Of a stretch of 64,000 bases of DNA, positions 11,894 through 25,441 are shown piece after piece. How positions within the stretch are numbered: the first letter of the stretch is position 1; every line of letters begins with the position of its first letter. The notes below the pieces were generated by a model that saw nothing but the letters and a program-made list of their open reading frames with translations, searched no databases and had not been told where the DNA came from. The translations under genes and the position numbers were made by a program. The stretch is from Vicugna vicugna (taxonomy: Eukaryota): NCBI GenBank assembly GCA_013265495.1, contig MU058387.1, positions 992,001 through 1,056,000 of the forward strand. Reading direction: 5' to 3'.

Positions 11894-12829
11894 CTGAGAG
11901 TAAAGAGTGAGCGATCTGTACTGCTCATTGTCCCTTGATGCACTAAAGCAGATTCAACTTCAATAAATCAAAGAAGAATTCTTCCGTCCCTTCCAAGCAT
12001 CCATAGCAAAGGATTCGATGAATGTCTTTTCTAAGCATTCCTTATTACTAGCTACTAAAGAGAAAGGCAGAAAGATTGGCTATTTGGTGTGGCTTTCTAA
12101 TAAAGGACACTCCAGGCCTTAAGACATAATAAAACATTGTACTACTTTTATGGCCTTGGTTTATTTGAGTTTGGCTTGGCTGAATTTTAGCTAATATACT
12201 TTGCAAACAATCTGTATTTTAAGCAAGTACCTTTTAAATTTCACTGCTGCTTCTTTATAGAGGAATTTGGAAGAGCAAAGGGAGAACAGTGTGTATATAA
12301 ATCATGCCATTAGAGAGATCGTTCTCAGGCAAATCGTACGCGTCACAATGAATGGCACTCCTTGGAGGGCTACAGACATGTTTTACCGAAGATGCTTCTG
12401 GGGAAATTCATGGGGCCAAGGGCACTCACTCTGGGAAGTGAAATCAAATTTGGGAGATCCAAGCTGCACGTAAGTGTTGACTGCTCTCCTTGAGTAGCAG
12501 ATACAGCATCCCTCCTAACCCCAAGGCGTGACAGGGGGTGCGGGTGGGCACAGATGGCTCTTATGTCTCTTAAAGGCAGCTTGATGTCATCTGTTTCAGC
12601 TGTGACCTTTCTAATTCACTTCTGGAGCATGTTTATTGATTTTAGAAGAATGAAGGCTGCCGAGTGAGATATTGTTCAGCTGTGGTTATGATGTTCCTTA
12701 AAAAACAAAAGCATAACCCTCTATCACACCTCAATCCTCTGGGCGAAAAAATTCACTAAGAACCCTTGGTTGCTCTCCCCTTTATCTGACACTTGGATTA
12801 TATTAACATTTCAAAATTTTCCTTTAACT

Positions 12830-13200
12830 TATCCGTTTAACAAATACTTGGTGCCTTTTCTGTGCTAGGCCATTCATTGATTGGGATGCTTTTCTTGTGA
12901 CTTTGGCATCCTTGTTGGGAATAAACTTGAAGCAAACAATTATAAAAATATGCATGACACTAAAAATTGTAATCAATGTGGTGAAGCCCAAGAGGCTAGG
13001 AGAAGGTGTAATGGGGTAGATACAATTTATATTAATAAAGACCTCAAGGAGGCTGGCATTTAGAATGACATCTGAAGTAGGAGGTTAACGTGGTCCAGCG
13101 GAACAGTGAGAATTCCCTGGGCCACATGACGCGCAGGAGAATCACATATTTAGTGACCTGAGGCTGTGTGTTTGAGACAGTCTCTGCAGGAAGGAGGTTG
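12830..13200 (-). mobile_element. L2 LINE fragment
   Basis: tttaacaaatacttggtgccttttctgtgctaggc...agacctcaaggaggctggcatttagaatgacatctgaag. Confidence 0.6.
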
Positions 13201-13229
13201 ATACAAGGTGGAAATCAACACGCATTGCA

Positions 13230-13304
13230 GACAATACTGTGTGCTGAGGATTTTCCACATACTATCTCCTTTACTCCTCACCACAAGCCATCCTCATCGT
13301 AAAT

Positions 13305-13344
<40 letters not shown>

Positions 13345-13430
13345 CTGAGGTTCAGATTAAATAAATAGATTATCTAAGATAATATCTTCAGAACTGACTG
13401 CAGATGCCAACAACTTTTTTTCTATCACCA
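13230..13430 (-). mobile_element. MIR SINE with an internal CAA expansion
   Basis: atactgtgtgctgagg...atctcctttactcctcaccacaa...[CAA]n...actgaggttcaga. Confidence 0.65.
13305..13345. repeat. (ACA)13 microsatellite
   Basis: Perfect run read directly from the sequence. Confidence 0.97.
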
Positions 13431-14144
13431 GCATGGTCCAAAATGTATTCTGAGAAGACTTGTTCCATGAGAGTTAGTATTAGACATCGACACACACATG
13501 CACGGAGGCACACACAGACACAGTCATACACACACATGCACGTACATGAACACTGGGTTTTCTTGGCTATTGGGCAGCTGGAAGGAAAGCAATGCTAACA
13601 TAGCTTGTAGTGCAAACAGTTATGCACTGAGCATCTCCCAGAAGCATACTAGGCCTTTAGAGGGTCAATAATTAGCACCTCACTTCCCAATCCAAATTCA
13701 AAATGAATTAAAAGAGAGACGTAAGGGTCTTCAAAATATCAGCTTTGCTACCTTTTAAGTAAGTTGGAGGACTTAACTTTAGATGTGTGGCCCTTCTGGA
13801 CATGCTAATACTTCAGTTCAGAATTAGATAGATGTATCCAGCTGGTCTCTGGCAAAGCTGGGTTACAGGAAGTTCACAGCTACAGGGCCTGGCCTCTATA
13901 GAGACCAAGACCAGAATGGATCCATCCTGCAAAGATGCACACATGAAAAGAGGAGAGACAAAGTGGTTGATTTGAGCATCTTCAGCTCCTTTTCCCAAAT
14001 ACACTCATCAGAGAAGTAATTCTTCCCCAGGAGACTAAGGCAGCAGAGAGGGGCTGGGAGTATGTTTCTAATGGAAGTTCCTCCATGTGGAAACAGGAAA
14101 GTAGAGAGGAAGGAGTTTCCTAGGGCAGAGAACATATCTTAGAT

Positions 14145-14232
14145 TTTTAAAAATAGATTTCATTTTTCAGAGCAGTTTTAGGTTCACAGAAAAGCTTGAA
14201 CAGAAAATATAAAGAGTTCCCATATACCCTCA
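14145..14232 (-). mobile_element. L1MA/MB-type 3' end fragment
   Basis: agagcagttttaggttcacagaaaa...aaagagttcccatataccc. Confidence 0.75.
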
Positions 14233-14269
14233 GGGAACAGAGTTTTTTCCTTTCATATTTGATGATAAA

Positions 14270-14515
14270 AATAAATATTTGAACACTTCAATCTGTGCTA
14301 CAAATTGCTCTATGAGTTGGTTAAGTTCATGTTCACAACAAGCTTATGATGGAGATACTGTTTTTTTTTTCTTCTTTTACAAATGTGGGAACTCAGGCAT
14401 AGAAAAGGTAACACAAAGGGTTAGACAATTCGTAAATGGTAGAACCATGATTTGATTCCACATAAAACCAAGCTCCAGATTCCAATGCTCTCAGCCAAGG
14501 CTATACTGCCTTTTG
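14270..14515 (-). mobile_element. MIR SINE
   Basis: ttttacaaatgtgggaactcaggcatagaaaaggtaa...gtaaatggtagaaccatgatttga. Confidence 0.75.
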
Positions 14516-17500
14516 TCTGTACCTTAAAACTTTAAAATCTTTAGTATGGATGATTTTTTTTATCATTAATATTTCATAGTTTATGGGGCCCATGACTGTC
14601 CATTAAGCCTAAGCCAACTAGACAGAATGTTAGTTCAAATGAACCAAATGAACGAGCCTGAACTCAGACAGTCACAAGGGTGGGCCTCAATGGGTATTAC
14701 TCTTGGGCTGTTCTATCCCAGATTTTTTATAATGTCATCCTCTTTTGAAGACAACCGTGTTTGTTAAAGCATCTTAGAATAACTTCTAGAAGTCTGAGCA
14801 CAAGAAGTGTTTGCTTTTGACTTCTCCAGTTTTCACATTGCTCATCTCCTGTGGTGCTTTTCCAGTGGTTTCCCACACTTTTATTCAGATCCTTTTGAAA
14901 TGGGTGATGGCAACCTTGGCAAAAAAAAAAAGGCATCATTTTGTAGCACAGGTTACTAAATGATTGCACATCCATTTTCCCTAGGAAATTTAATTAATTA
15001 TTGAGTAAACATGGCTTCCTATTGATTCTATGTGGATTACTTTCTAATATGAAAAATGGAGCCGTGCCATAATGTCATTTGAGTACGGCCGACTGGAGGC
15101 TCGATTGTGGAACAAATGAGATAAAGGACCTCAGCATTTCCGTAGAAAGAGGGTGTCTGTTTCCATGTGAGAGAGGCTGTCTTTCTATAATCTCAAAAAT
15201 AAACAACCGTGATAGGAAGGAAAAGTCGTATTAACAACAGGGTTTGGGTGACACAGAGGACTCCATCAGTCTTTTATCTGCCCTGTGATTTTGCAGTGCC
15301 CCTTAAACATTATTGAAGTCAATATGCAATCAGTGACTACTTAGAACCAGCTCTAGATGCTCCAGGTAACCTCTGATCTTCAAATCAAAGGAAGGAGAGA
15401 GGAATAAGAAATGTTTACCGTTACGTGGATTAAACAAACTTCTTTCATCCCACGTAGCATCTCGCCACCTAGCATCTGTGCTCCTATGTGTATATCAAGG
15501 AGCTTTATAGCACAGCCACTATGAACACAAGGGAGAAAACTTGCTTTACCAAATTTAACAGTAACCCAAAATTAGTGCATCCATTGTAATACGCATGTTA
15601 CAATTTTTTTGATATACTGTGCATAGAACACAGCAGTCACCTCTTAAAAGACAGTGTCCCCTAACCTTATTCTGGAGGCCAAACCTGCAAATGGAGGAAA
15701 ACAGAGCATCAATATAGGAATATCCATTGAGTATTTAGTCATAAATTGAACAAAATTGCACTGATTCGTTTCCCAGGAGAGAATAGATTGACAGCTTTAG
15801 TTTATCTTTTATTGAAATTTAGATGTCAAGAAAAATATGAAAAGTTTATGCTGGAACTTTATTTGTATTAATAACTGTTCCATAGATTTGTTTCCAAAGG
15901 ATTATTGCTGGAACTTCATGGTTGTATAAAATGAAAGGGGGGATTTAAGAATTAAAGTAATTTCTCTTCAGCTAAATAAGCTTTATACTGAAGTCCAGAC
16001 ACATGTGGATGTATTTTTCTAGATATTTTCCACAACTGTGAGATTTTTCAAGTTGAAATCTGAAGGATTGCTATGAAATTCAAAACACATTTTACAGTAA
16101 ATGTCTAGCAGAGTCTAAGTTGTACAATTTTAAAAGTCACACTTATTTAAAATGGGAACCAAGCAAGTTTCCCTCTCTAAATATGTTGTTTTGTGAGTGT
16201 AACAGTAATCCATCAATACATGTGAAGTAATTTCACCGAAACTATACAGAAAAATCAGACACATTTTACATCAAACGCAGTAAACAATAAAAGTAAAATC
16301 AAGATTAATAATCATTAATAATTTGTGTGTAAATCCACACTGATGTGACCCTCCTTTAATGTACTTTCATTTGCTCTTATTTCAATCTTTTATTTATTGT
16401 TAATTTTGCTATTTTTTCAGTAATGCATGGAACATGTGTCTGTTGCTTTATTTTCTTTAAGATAGACAAGAGTTCCCAGCTTCACTTTTTGTAGAGGCTT
16501 CAAAGATCGTTGATTCTTCTGCTCCATGGAAGTTTGTAACGTATTTGGTTAGTGTGAACTTTTGATAGTTCAAAAACCAGTTTTTTCCTTTTGATTTAGA
16601 GCCTGCCTCCTCACTCCATCCCTATTTTCTTTGAAAAAAATGAAATAGATCTGAATTTTCTAGCTTATCCCAAAAATCATAATTCCTTCTCTTCTCTTTT
16701 GATGGCAGTAGTAAGTTGCTGGTGGATAGTGACATGGCTTAGGTGTTTTGAGTCTGCTGAGGGCACTGGCTTTGTTCCTATCAGCATGTTAACAGATACA
16801 TCTACTCTGTGATCTACGTGTCACTGTTAATTAACACAGAGCAGATACACCTGAAATACTTGAAATCAGTGAAGATGATGTATTTCTGATTTTTTCAAAA
16901 GTGCAGATTTGGAATGCCTGGAAAAAAGAAAATTGAGACATAATTATTTAGACAAGTAGAATAATTAGAGTCCACAAATAAAATGTTTACTATTTTAAGA
17001 GTGAAATATGTTACTTAATGATTGGGGAGATTTAATCTTGACCAAGTTCACTCACAGACTCATGAATGGTTAACTGAAATGTACCAATGTTAAATCAAAT
17101 TTGAACAAGGCATGCTTAAAAATTGGCAATATTAGTAATACATGATGGAGTCCACTGGTCTGGCTTTTCATGGTGACTAGTTGGTAAAGGGTTGACAGGC
17201 GGACACTAATCCTGCGTCACTTAAAGCCCTCCAACGTCTCAGGATTAAAGGAGAATTAGCCTAGTGACTGCTCGATCTCTAAGCAATTTAAAGCACTGAA
17301 CTTTTGCTCAACAAAAGCCAGTTCGTTACAGTTATTTACTGTTCGTTAATAAAATGGAAGAAACAATCACATAGAATGACCATCTTTTACTCTTATAATA
17401 TATGACTTCCTTCCATCCCAGAAGATTTGGAGCACAAGTGAGGCCATGCTCTCCACAGCTCCCATCAGCCAGGCCAGAGGACACAAGGGCCAGGCTCAGT

Positions 17501-17579
17501 GTTCCAGCCACTGGCTGCCCAGCTCCAACTTGGGTTCCTGGCTGACACAGTAAGAGATGATAATCAGTTTCCTAGTGAT

Positions 17580-17770
17580 GGGCAATTAACCTGGATGACA
17601 ACAGAAACATTCCTTAGATTCTTGGGGCCTCTGACTCCTCATCTGTGATTTAAAAAAAAATACTATTTGTTTACTCATCAGAATTTTTATGAGCATAAAA
17701 TAAGATAAAAAACTGAATGAGTATGGTTTGTAAGATTGTAAAGCGCCATAAAAGCTGTGCTATTAATCAT
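17580..17770 (+). mobile_element. MIR SINE
   Basis: ggcctctgactcctcatctgtg...atgagcataaaataagataa...gtaaagcgccataaa. Confidence 0.6.
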
Positions 17771-18702
17771 TGTAGAAGTATCAGTCCTTTCCAGATAAAC
17801 TTGAAGACATCAATGATAGATGCTCTTTCAGTTCCAGAAAGGAGTAACCATTTTGCTGTTTTAACATGTCTATGATAGTCACTTCTTATCCTTGAATTTG
17901 TTTTTGTGGATTCAATGGAAGTCTTGTCAGAAAAACATGTACCCTTTTGTTTATGACCACATCATGCATAAGCGTCAGCAAGTCTTTAAAACAACAAGAT
18001 TTGAACAAACTTGGTAGCATTGGTGAAGTGGTATAAATAAGGAATGCGTGTCTTCTTGTTTTTGGAAAGGAGGGGTCATTCTGGCTTTCACTGTCTTAAT
18101 AAATCATAATGCCTTTGAAAATGAAAAAAAAAAAAAGGAGGTACTTAGAACTGAAAGCCAGTTAGCGAAGGTGACCATTTCAAAGCTATATTTTGTTCTT
18201 CTTATCCTTTACTTTTGGGTGGATCAGGGAGGAATTTCAGCTGCAGTGCTGGCATTTCTCTGTAGTTACAATGAATTGCAGCCGTGGTTGCAATTGTTTT
18301 GTGATGCCTGTGGTGTCATTACCAAGATGCGATTACCAATGGCTATATGAAATTAGTTATGCATGAAATGAATAGGAAGCATAAATACTAGGAGGGAGAG
18401 TCTGAGCACGGACTTCATCCTCATTGTCTTCCGGATCCACTGATGCTTATGCATGATGGGGTCATAAAACTTTAATTTATTTCAGAGTCATAGGACTAGA
18501 AGGGATCTTTAAAGGTCATCTAGGACATCCCCCTGTTTCCAGGCCCTTGAGCAAAACTAAAAAGATAATGAATGAACCCTTTTCCCTAGGACAATATTAA
18601 AAATCTTCTAATGATTATAAGATGAGCTGAGGCAAGTTGTGGTAGTAAGAGGAATGTCTACCATGTAGTAATGCATGGTGCTTAATGACAAATGACTACA
18701 AT

Positions 18703-18800
18703 GTGTGTGTGTGTATATATATATATACATATATATATGTGTGTGTATATATATATATACACAATGTGTGTATATGTATGTATATACACACAATATATAT
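18703..18800. repeat. Compound (TG)n/(TA)n microsatellite
   Basis: Alternating tg and ta runs read directly from the sequence. Confidence 0.9.
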
Positions 18801-18894
18801 AAAGCACCAAATTAATGTAGACATATATCTGTTAGTTTTAAAATTTTTTAATGTTAGAATATAATTTCAGCATAAAGCTTTGGGAAATTGATTG

Positions 18895-19115
18895 TCTTTA
18901 TGTGTCCTTTTGAGGAATGACATGTTCCTAAAATTTTGTGTTAATTGGAATTTCTCAATGGAATATTTAAAAACTCAGTAGAAATAGTTTAAATGCTTTA
19001 GAGGAACATGCTACACACAATACAGTAAATCACTCCATAAAGTTAGGCAGTTCAATAAAATTCTAAAAACTAGATTTTTGTATATGGAATCTACTTAAAA
19101 TAGGATGTACCTGTA
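18895..19115. mobile_element. Possible ancient Tigger-like DNA transposon fragment
   Basis: Ends in ...ggatgtacctg-ta, a Tigger-like TIR end followed by TA. Family not identified. Confidence 0.3.
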
Positions 19116-19399
19116 GATTTTTCTGAGATGAAATAATAGTACAAGTATGCTTTTCAGTGATTTTTAAAAAAGATTTTCATTTCTCCTTCTTAGATACTTC
19201 TTATGGAATTCAATTGCTATGGTTAATTGTTTAGTGTAAAAGGACGAGTCATGTTCCATATTTAAAAATCCAGGTCATGTAGGTTAATTTAAAAGTCAGT
19301 CAAATCTCTTTGAATCCCGTACTGTAAGATGATGTCCACCAAAGCCAAATGCCTTTGAAAACATAGGTTGATGTTTTTTTCTTCTGTAGGAAGACTTCC

Positions 19400-19630
19400 T
19401 TAGTGTGATGGAGTGAACACTGGGTTACCATAACTCAATGGCCTGCTCTATGTCTCAGCGATGCTGTTAGACTTAAGTGGGCCAATTATTCCTCTTGGAT
19501 TCAGTTTCTTCCTGTTAAATGGAGGCCATAATTCTGTCTTTTATTATGGTGAGGGTTACAAAAAATAACATACTCGGTTTTCTTAGCAAATTGCTGAACA
19601 TATGATAGATGGACTGAAACTTGAGTTCAC
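19400..19630 (+). mobile_element. MIR SINE
   Basis: tagtgtgatggagtgaacactggg...ctcttggattcagtttcttcctgttaaatggagg. Confidence 0.65.
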
Positions 19631-20479
19631 TGTCATACTTCCTCTTTTAATATGATGGGCTACAAAGAATAGTGACATATAGAAACTTTATGATTATCTG
19701 AGCTCTTTATTTGGGGCTAAAGAATATGATCAAATAAAGAGATAGTGACTGTCTTTGTGACCCTATGCCTCAGACTAGGAAACTATTGTACTGACATAAA
19801 TGTTTGAAAAAAAGTACTATGCAAGAGAGAATTCTTTTTCATGCTTCTGCATACATTATATTCAATGTTAGTAACCCAGGATCTTAATATAATTATGTTT
19901 TGAATGCTGGCTCATAAAATGTGGCCGATATTTACTCATCCTATGTGATACATCGATCTTTCCCTCCACCACATTTTCTCTAGAGAAGCTAGACTATTAT
20001 TTGAGATTCCAAGCTGTGGAAACTTTAACCTTAATATTCAGACTTACATCATTTTCCTTGTTAGTAATTCTGAGATTCTCAGACAGCTCTTCCAGCCACA
20101 CATACATACTGTTTTCCTATTTCTTATTAACAGGGGAACATCATAACACTGACCTTTATCTTGAGGAGTTTGGTGAAGTTATTTTGGCCACAGAATTGTC
20201 AAATTGCTTCCTACTGCATTCTCCTCTTTGCTTTGCTATCCTGGGAATATATAGATGATGATAATGAAACAAATAATCTACAGTGTCCATGGAAGTAATC
20301 TTTGTGGAAACCAAGCAAAAAACTGTGTTAGGGAGCCTTGAATGCAAAGTAAATGAAAGGATAGTAAAAGGATGAATAGGTTCTGAATAGAGTAAGGGAG
20401 AGAAAAATTATACTGTGTGATAATACAAAGGACAAATTAAACATGCTGTAGCCACATATTGGGGCCGGGATACATCTAT

Positions 20480-22010
20480 AACAAGCATATTTCTTAAGCC
20501 AAACTTTCTTCTCAGATTGTAAGACATGGTGAGTATAATGGGGAATGATTGAATGGTTGAAATCAGGGAAGTGGCATGATTTGATCTACCTTTTAAAAAG
20601 AACACTGTATTGTAGCATAGAGAACAGACCAAAAAGGACAAAGGTAGAAGCAGGGAGACCAGTTAGGAGGCTGTTGCAACTGACATGTGAAAGACAATCA
20701 TAGCTGGGATTAGGATAGTCATGGAGGATGTGGTAATAAATGCCCAGATGTAACATATATTTTGGAGTTTTGATCAGCACGGTTTTCTATGTATTGAATG
20801 TGGGTGTGAAAGAAAGAAAGAGGGGAGTCAAGGATGGCCCTAAGTTTGGAGTCTGAGGAGCTGAGTAAATGGAAGTGTCATTTGTTGAGATAGGAAGGAA
20901 ATCAAGAGTTGTGTGGGAGACTTGTTGAGTCTGAGATGGAAACTGGATAATCAAATGGAGACATCATGGAGGCAGCAGAATATGAGATAGTTTTCACTGG
21001 AGAGGTCTGGGTTAAAGATGGAGATCACCCAGGAAGTCAGTACAAAAAAGCCTTGTTCTGGGAACAGAGTTTTAAGTCATGTCAACATCTGCACATCAAG
21101 AGATTATGGGATCTTAGCAGCACTGTATACAATTACTAAGACATGGAAACAATCTAAATGTCCATCGATAGATGACTGGATAAAGAAGCTGTGGTATATT
21201 TATATGATGGAATACTACTCAGCCATAACAAATAATAAAATAATGCCATTTGCATCAACATGGATGGACCTGGAGATCATCTTTCTAAGTGAAGTAAGCC
21301 AGAAAAAGAAAGAAAAATATATGATATCACTCATATGTGGAAACTAAATAAACAAAGAAAGGACACTATGAACTCATCTACAAAACAGAAACAGACTCAG
21401 ACATAGTAAACAGTCTTATGGTTAACAGGGAAAGAGGGTGGAAAGGGATAAATTGGGAGTTTGAGATTTGTGAATATTAACTAGAATATGTAAAATAGAT
21501 GAACAAGTTTCTTCTGTAAAGCATGGGGAACTATATTCCATATCTTGTAGTAACCTATGATGAAAAATAATATGAAAATGAATATTTGTATGTATATGTA
21601 TAACTAAAACTTTATGCTGTACATCAGAAACTGACACGTTAAAATTGACTATATGTTAATTAAAAAAGAAAAAGAGAGAGAGGAATTATGGGGTCTGACA
21701 AAGGAGACTGAAGAGGAGTGAGGTCAGAGGAAAACCAGGAATGATTGGTGTTCCAGAACTTGAGGGCAGAAAACATAGTAAGGACCAGTTGATAACCTGT
21801 GTTAAATACTGCTGATGGATAGATTAAGGTGATCGCTAGGAACTGACTACAGAAATTAACAATTTGGCTGGTATTACTGATTTTGAACAATGAATTTCAG
21901 CAAAAAAAAAGGGATGAAAATTTAAATGAATACTATAGTGAGTGTAAGAGGTGATGAATTGGAGATGATGGCAAAATATTTTAAAGAGCTTTGTTATAAA
22001 GTTGAAGGAA
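20480..22010 (-). mobile_element. L2 LINE, split by a young L1 insertion at 21115-21680
   Basis: Long antisense L2 tract: gcagggagaccagttaggaggctgttgca, ggagtcaaggatggccctaagtttgg, ggagactgaagaggagtg...gaggaaaaccagga. Confidence 0.85.
21115..21680 (+). mobile_element. 5'-truncated young L1 (ORF2 C-terminus, 3'UTR, A tail)
   Basis: Encodes AALYTITKTWKQSKCPSIDDWIKKLWYIYMMEYYSA...MPFASTWMDLEIIFLSEVSQ, the ORF2p C-terminus. TSD attatgggatct (21103-21114) and attatggggtct (21685-21696). Confidence 0.95.
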
Positions 22011-23374
22011 AGGGAAAGCAGTGGGCATAACTGATCTGTGGCAGCAAAGCAAAAATCACTTCCTGGGAATGGAAATAGATGGGAAAGAAAATCAATCTAC
22101 TTCAAGTCTGTTCAAATTTGACTTTATCCCATTAAGTCTTTCTTTAATGAACACAATTTACAGTTTATTTTCTATCATAAGAACTTGTACATATTTTTGT
22201 ATGTAATTTGAGACACAAAATTTTGAGTGTTGGGGTTGCTTTAAATATATCTAATTTCCAAAAACACAAAAAATAAAGCAACTCAATTTTTAATGTGTTT
22301 CTCATGGTCATCCTGGAATCTCAGAACCAGCACTAGGATTAAGATCTAGCAAGTCTTTCTAGTCAATTAATAGAGTGTTTTCAGTGTCATAAGTTTAAAT
22401 TTGAGGCTAAAAGAATAAATATTTCAGTGTTTTCTTGCATCAATTCACAAACAAATCTGGAGCTACTTGTGTAGTACTTGTGTCTATTCTTTATTTTTGC
22501 TTGAGATAACAAGAATAATTTATTTGTATACTTATAAGTAATGAGTCAGTTTATTTACCTACTTATCTGTCTATCTGTCTTTAAGATTTACACCATTTAA
22601 AGCAGATGTCTTAGGATTTTCTAGGGTTTTTTTTTCCATCATTCTTAGAACATCTCTGTTTAAGAGAGTTTTTGAATAAATACTTCTAATGCCACGTCAA
22701 ACTATCTTAAAATGCACTATTACAACTTTCACTGTATAGTCTTCAAGACATGGAATTGTTTCTGATCTAAAAGCATTTACCTCCTTAAATGTCTTTACTT
22801 TATGCTATGCTTACCTGGCAAGTAAATTACTCTTCTATCCTTAAAACTTGCCAAGTTACTTAAAATGCAGCTAACAGGTTGTAGCTAGTGGAGACACTTA
22901 CAGCATGTTGTGAAGGGGTTGTAGTGTTTCTCAGAAAGAAGGTGCTAAATTGTATGTGGTTTGCTGCCTCTCAATTCCAAATACTTTCGTGGTAATTTTG
23001 TCCAACATATAAACTGTAAGTCACTTTCATTTAACTCATTATTGGTGAATTATATTCTCCCAAAATAGCCAAGTTTGTAACCAAAAGAGTACCCCTTGGC
23101 ACAACTCAAAACACCTTTAAAGGAAAACCTGAGAAACACTAGTAATAATCTCAACTTTTTTTAAACTCTCACACTTACCTGTCATTTGGAGAACACATTT
23201 AACTGATTCATTTATCAAACCTCCATAATGTGATCTGTTAGGTTGCAATTACATATAACAATATAACATTCAAACAATTAGATTTTTAAAATAAAAAGAG
23301 AATTCAGCGATTATATCAAAGCAGTCAGTCACTTTGACTGATAAATGCTTTCCATGAGATGAGGTACAACATTA

Positions 23375-23640
23375 ATTTAATAAGATTACTGTGTAGCTTT
23401 TATTATGCCAGGAGTTCTTCTTAGCACTTTACACAGATTAACTCATAATTAATCCTCATAATAACTCTATGAGATTATTAATATTAGTATCACCATTTCG
23501 AAGATGAGGAAACTGAGGCAGAGTGAGACTGGATAATTAATTTGCCCACCGTGTCACAGTCAATGGTGCAGCTGAGGTTCAAACCCAAGAAATATGCTCT
23601 GAAGGCCCTGTGCACATCCCCCGGGCTGGCCTGCCTCTCT
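23375..23640 (-). mobile_element. MIR SINE
   Basis: aatcctcataataactctatgag...gatgaggaaactgaggcagag...ttcaaaccca. Confidence 0.9.
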
Positions 23641-23679
23641 CTGAGTCTGGAGGGCGGTATGTTTTATAATATTTTACAG

Positions 23680-23880
23680 CCTGGGCTCTAGAGCCCAATG
23701 GCCTGGGTTCAAATCCTCTCTGGGCCAGAAGAGGTTTATTAGATTTATGATCATGTGCAATTTATCTAATCTCCTTGTGCTTTAGTTTCTTCATGTGTAA
23801 AATAGAAATATTAATACATATAAAACATTAGAACATTATTTAGCATAGTTCAGCAGTTATTAATCAGCAGTTATTAAAAA
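23680..23880 (+). mobile_element. MIR SINE (head-to-head with the previous copy)
   Basis: gggctctagagccc...ggcctgggttcaaatcct...gctttagtttcttcatgtgtaaaatag. Confidence 0.8.
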
Positions 23881-24223
23881 TTGTGCCGAGGGAGATTATG
23901 ATCCAGCTGTGACATCACATTTTGTTAAGGGGGGGGTATGGTACACAGGTAACCAGCCTTTCCTAATACCCCTTATAACGTCCATTTTTATGACCTCTTC
24001 CTTTCTCTTCAGGACAGGTGATGGATTTAGAATATCTGGATGCCCACCTCACAGATGTGGAAGGCTGGGCTGTAAGAGTTCATGGAGTCTGACCACACGC
24101 TGTAATTGGAATTCAGTTTTCTTGCTTTTGATGGTTCCATCCCAAAGGTCAGTGACTTTCCTTTGAGGTTGCTTGTTATCCTCTCATGACTCATAACTCA
24201 TCATCCTTTCTCATATCCGTTAG

Positions 24224-24325
24224 TATATAGAGAGATATATATACACACACACATACTTATGCATATACACATATATAATATGAATATTTTAGTGTTACAC
24301 ACACATATAAAAATATATATACACA
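24224..24325. repeat. TA/CA low-complexity repeat
   Basis: Degenerate dinucleotide runs. Confidence 0.7.
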
Positions 24326-25441
24326 AAGTAAAAGCGGAGTGTTGGTTATTATGCAAGCAACACAAATTGTCTAGTCTTTAAAGTCCACCCAGTATAGAAA
24401 TTCTTGAGCTGTCATTGCTGGGTTAATTCACCTGCTCTCCTGAAACTAACTCTTTGAATTCTACTTAGAATGAATTTTAAAGCTTATACAAGTTAGCTTA
24501 CAGATAACTTTAAAAAAAAAAACTATCTAACGTACCTGAAAGTAGTTTTCTTTTGTAACCTAGGGTGTAATATGTCTCTCTATGGGTTTGTTATTGCCTC
24601 ACCAAACACCCCTTTAAACAGAAATTGCTCAACTTTGTAATTTACTTTCCTTTGCTTTCACGTTTCAGAATAAGTTTACTGTCAGTTGCTTTTCAAAGCA
24701 CTTCAATTTATGGAATACTTTTATTTTATGCATGTCTTACACTTCAATTTTATCTTCAGTGAATAGCCATGTCTTTGCAACAAGGAAACATACATGCACA
24801 GGCAGCAAATTATTGGTTGTCCTGAATGAAATAATAAGTCATACATTGTTTGAAGAAACCATTGGAGAAGGCTAGTACTGTTTTTATTTGACTTTAGCTG
24901 GATATAGTGAAAGATTTATTTAAAAACAATACATTCTGGCTGACGTTAATTTTCTTCTCTCAACAGATACAAGATGTAAATATTGAGTCCATTAATTTTT
25001 CCAAAATTGAGTTTAAAAACATACCTAAACACAGCTGTGTGAAATACCCTGATAGACCTAAGAAGTTATGGATTTGAATAAAACGAAAATTCAGGCTTCC
25101 AGAAACTTGAGCTCTAGTCAGGGCATTTGCTGGTGTGCAAACCGAACAAGACACAACATAGACATCAAGTTGCATCACCATTAAAGAGATTTCTGACTTG
25201 GGGAGTAACATCTGAAAAAGCTACTCTGGTTTCTATGAGAAAGGAAGATCTGAAAGCTACAAATTCTACCTGACATGCAAGCCAGGCGAGCATTACTGGG
25301 CACAACCAGGCGGAGGGCGGTCCCCACCCAGAGAGGTCCAGAACTGCTGGTGGTTGTTGCTGTGGTTGTTACTATCTTTACTGACTATTTTGAGCTGCCA
25401 CTGAGGCAGGATTGACATTTTAATTTTAAATACAAGTTCCT

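Noticed and set aside
21018..21347. 109-aa ORF with protein-like composition
   Set aside because: C-terminus of L1 ORF2p fused by chance to L2-derived sequence.
23173..23240. Consensus minus-strand donor CAG|gtaagt near 23178
   Set aside because: No convincing polypyrimidine acceptor upstream on that strand; isolated donors are common.
23851..23877. Short direct repeats (cagcagttattaa twice; also attcttaggta twice near 42510 and agaatattgaga twice near 49283-49322)
   Set aside because: Ordinary slippage-type duplications with only two units; no repeat-spacer periodicity, so not CRISPR-like.
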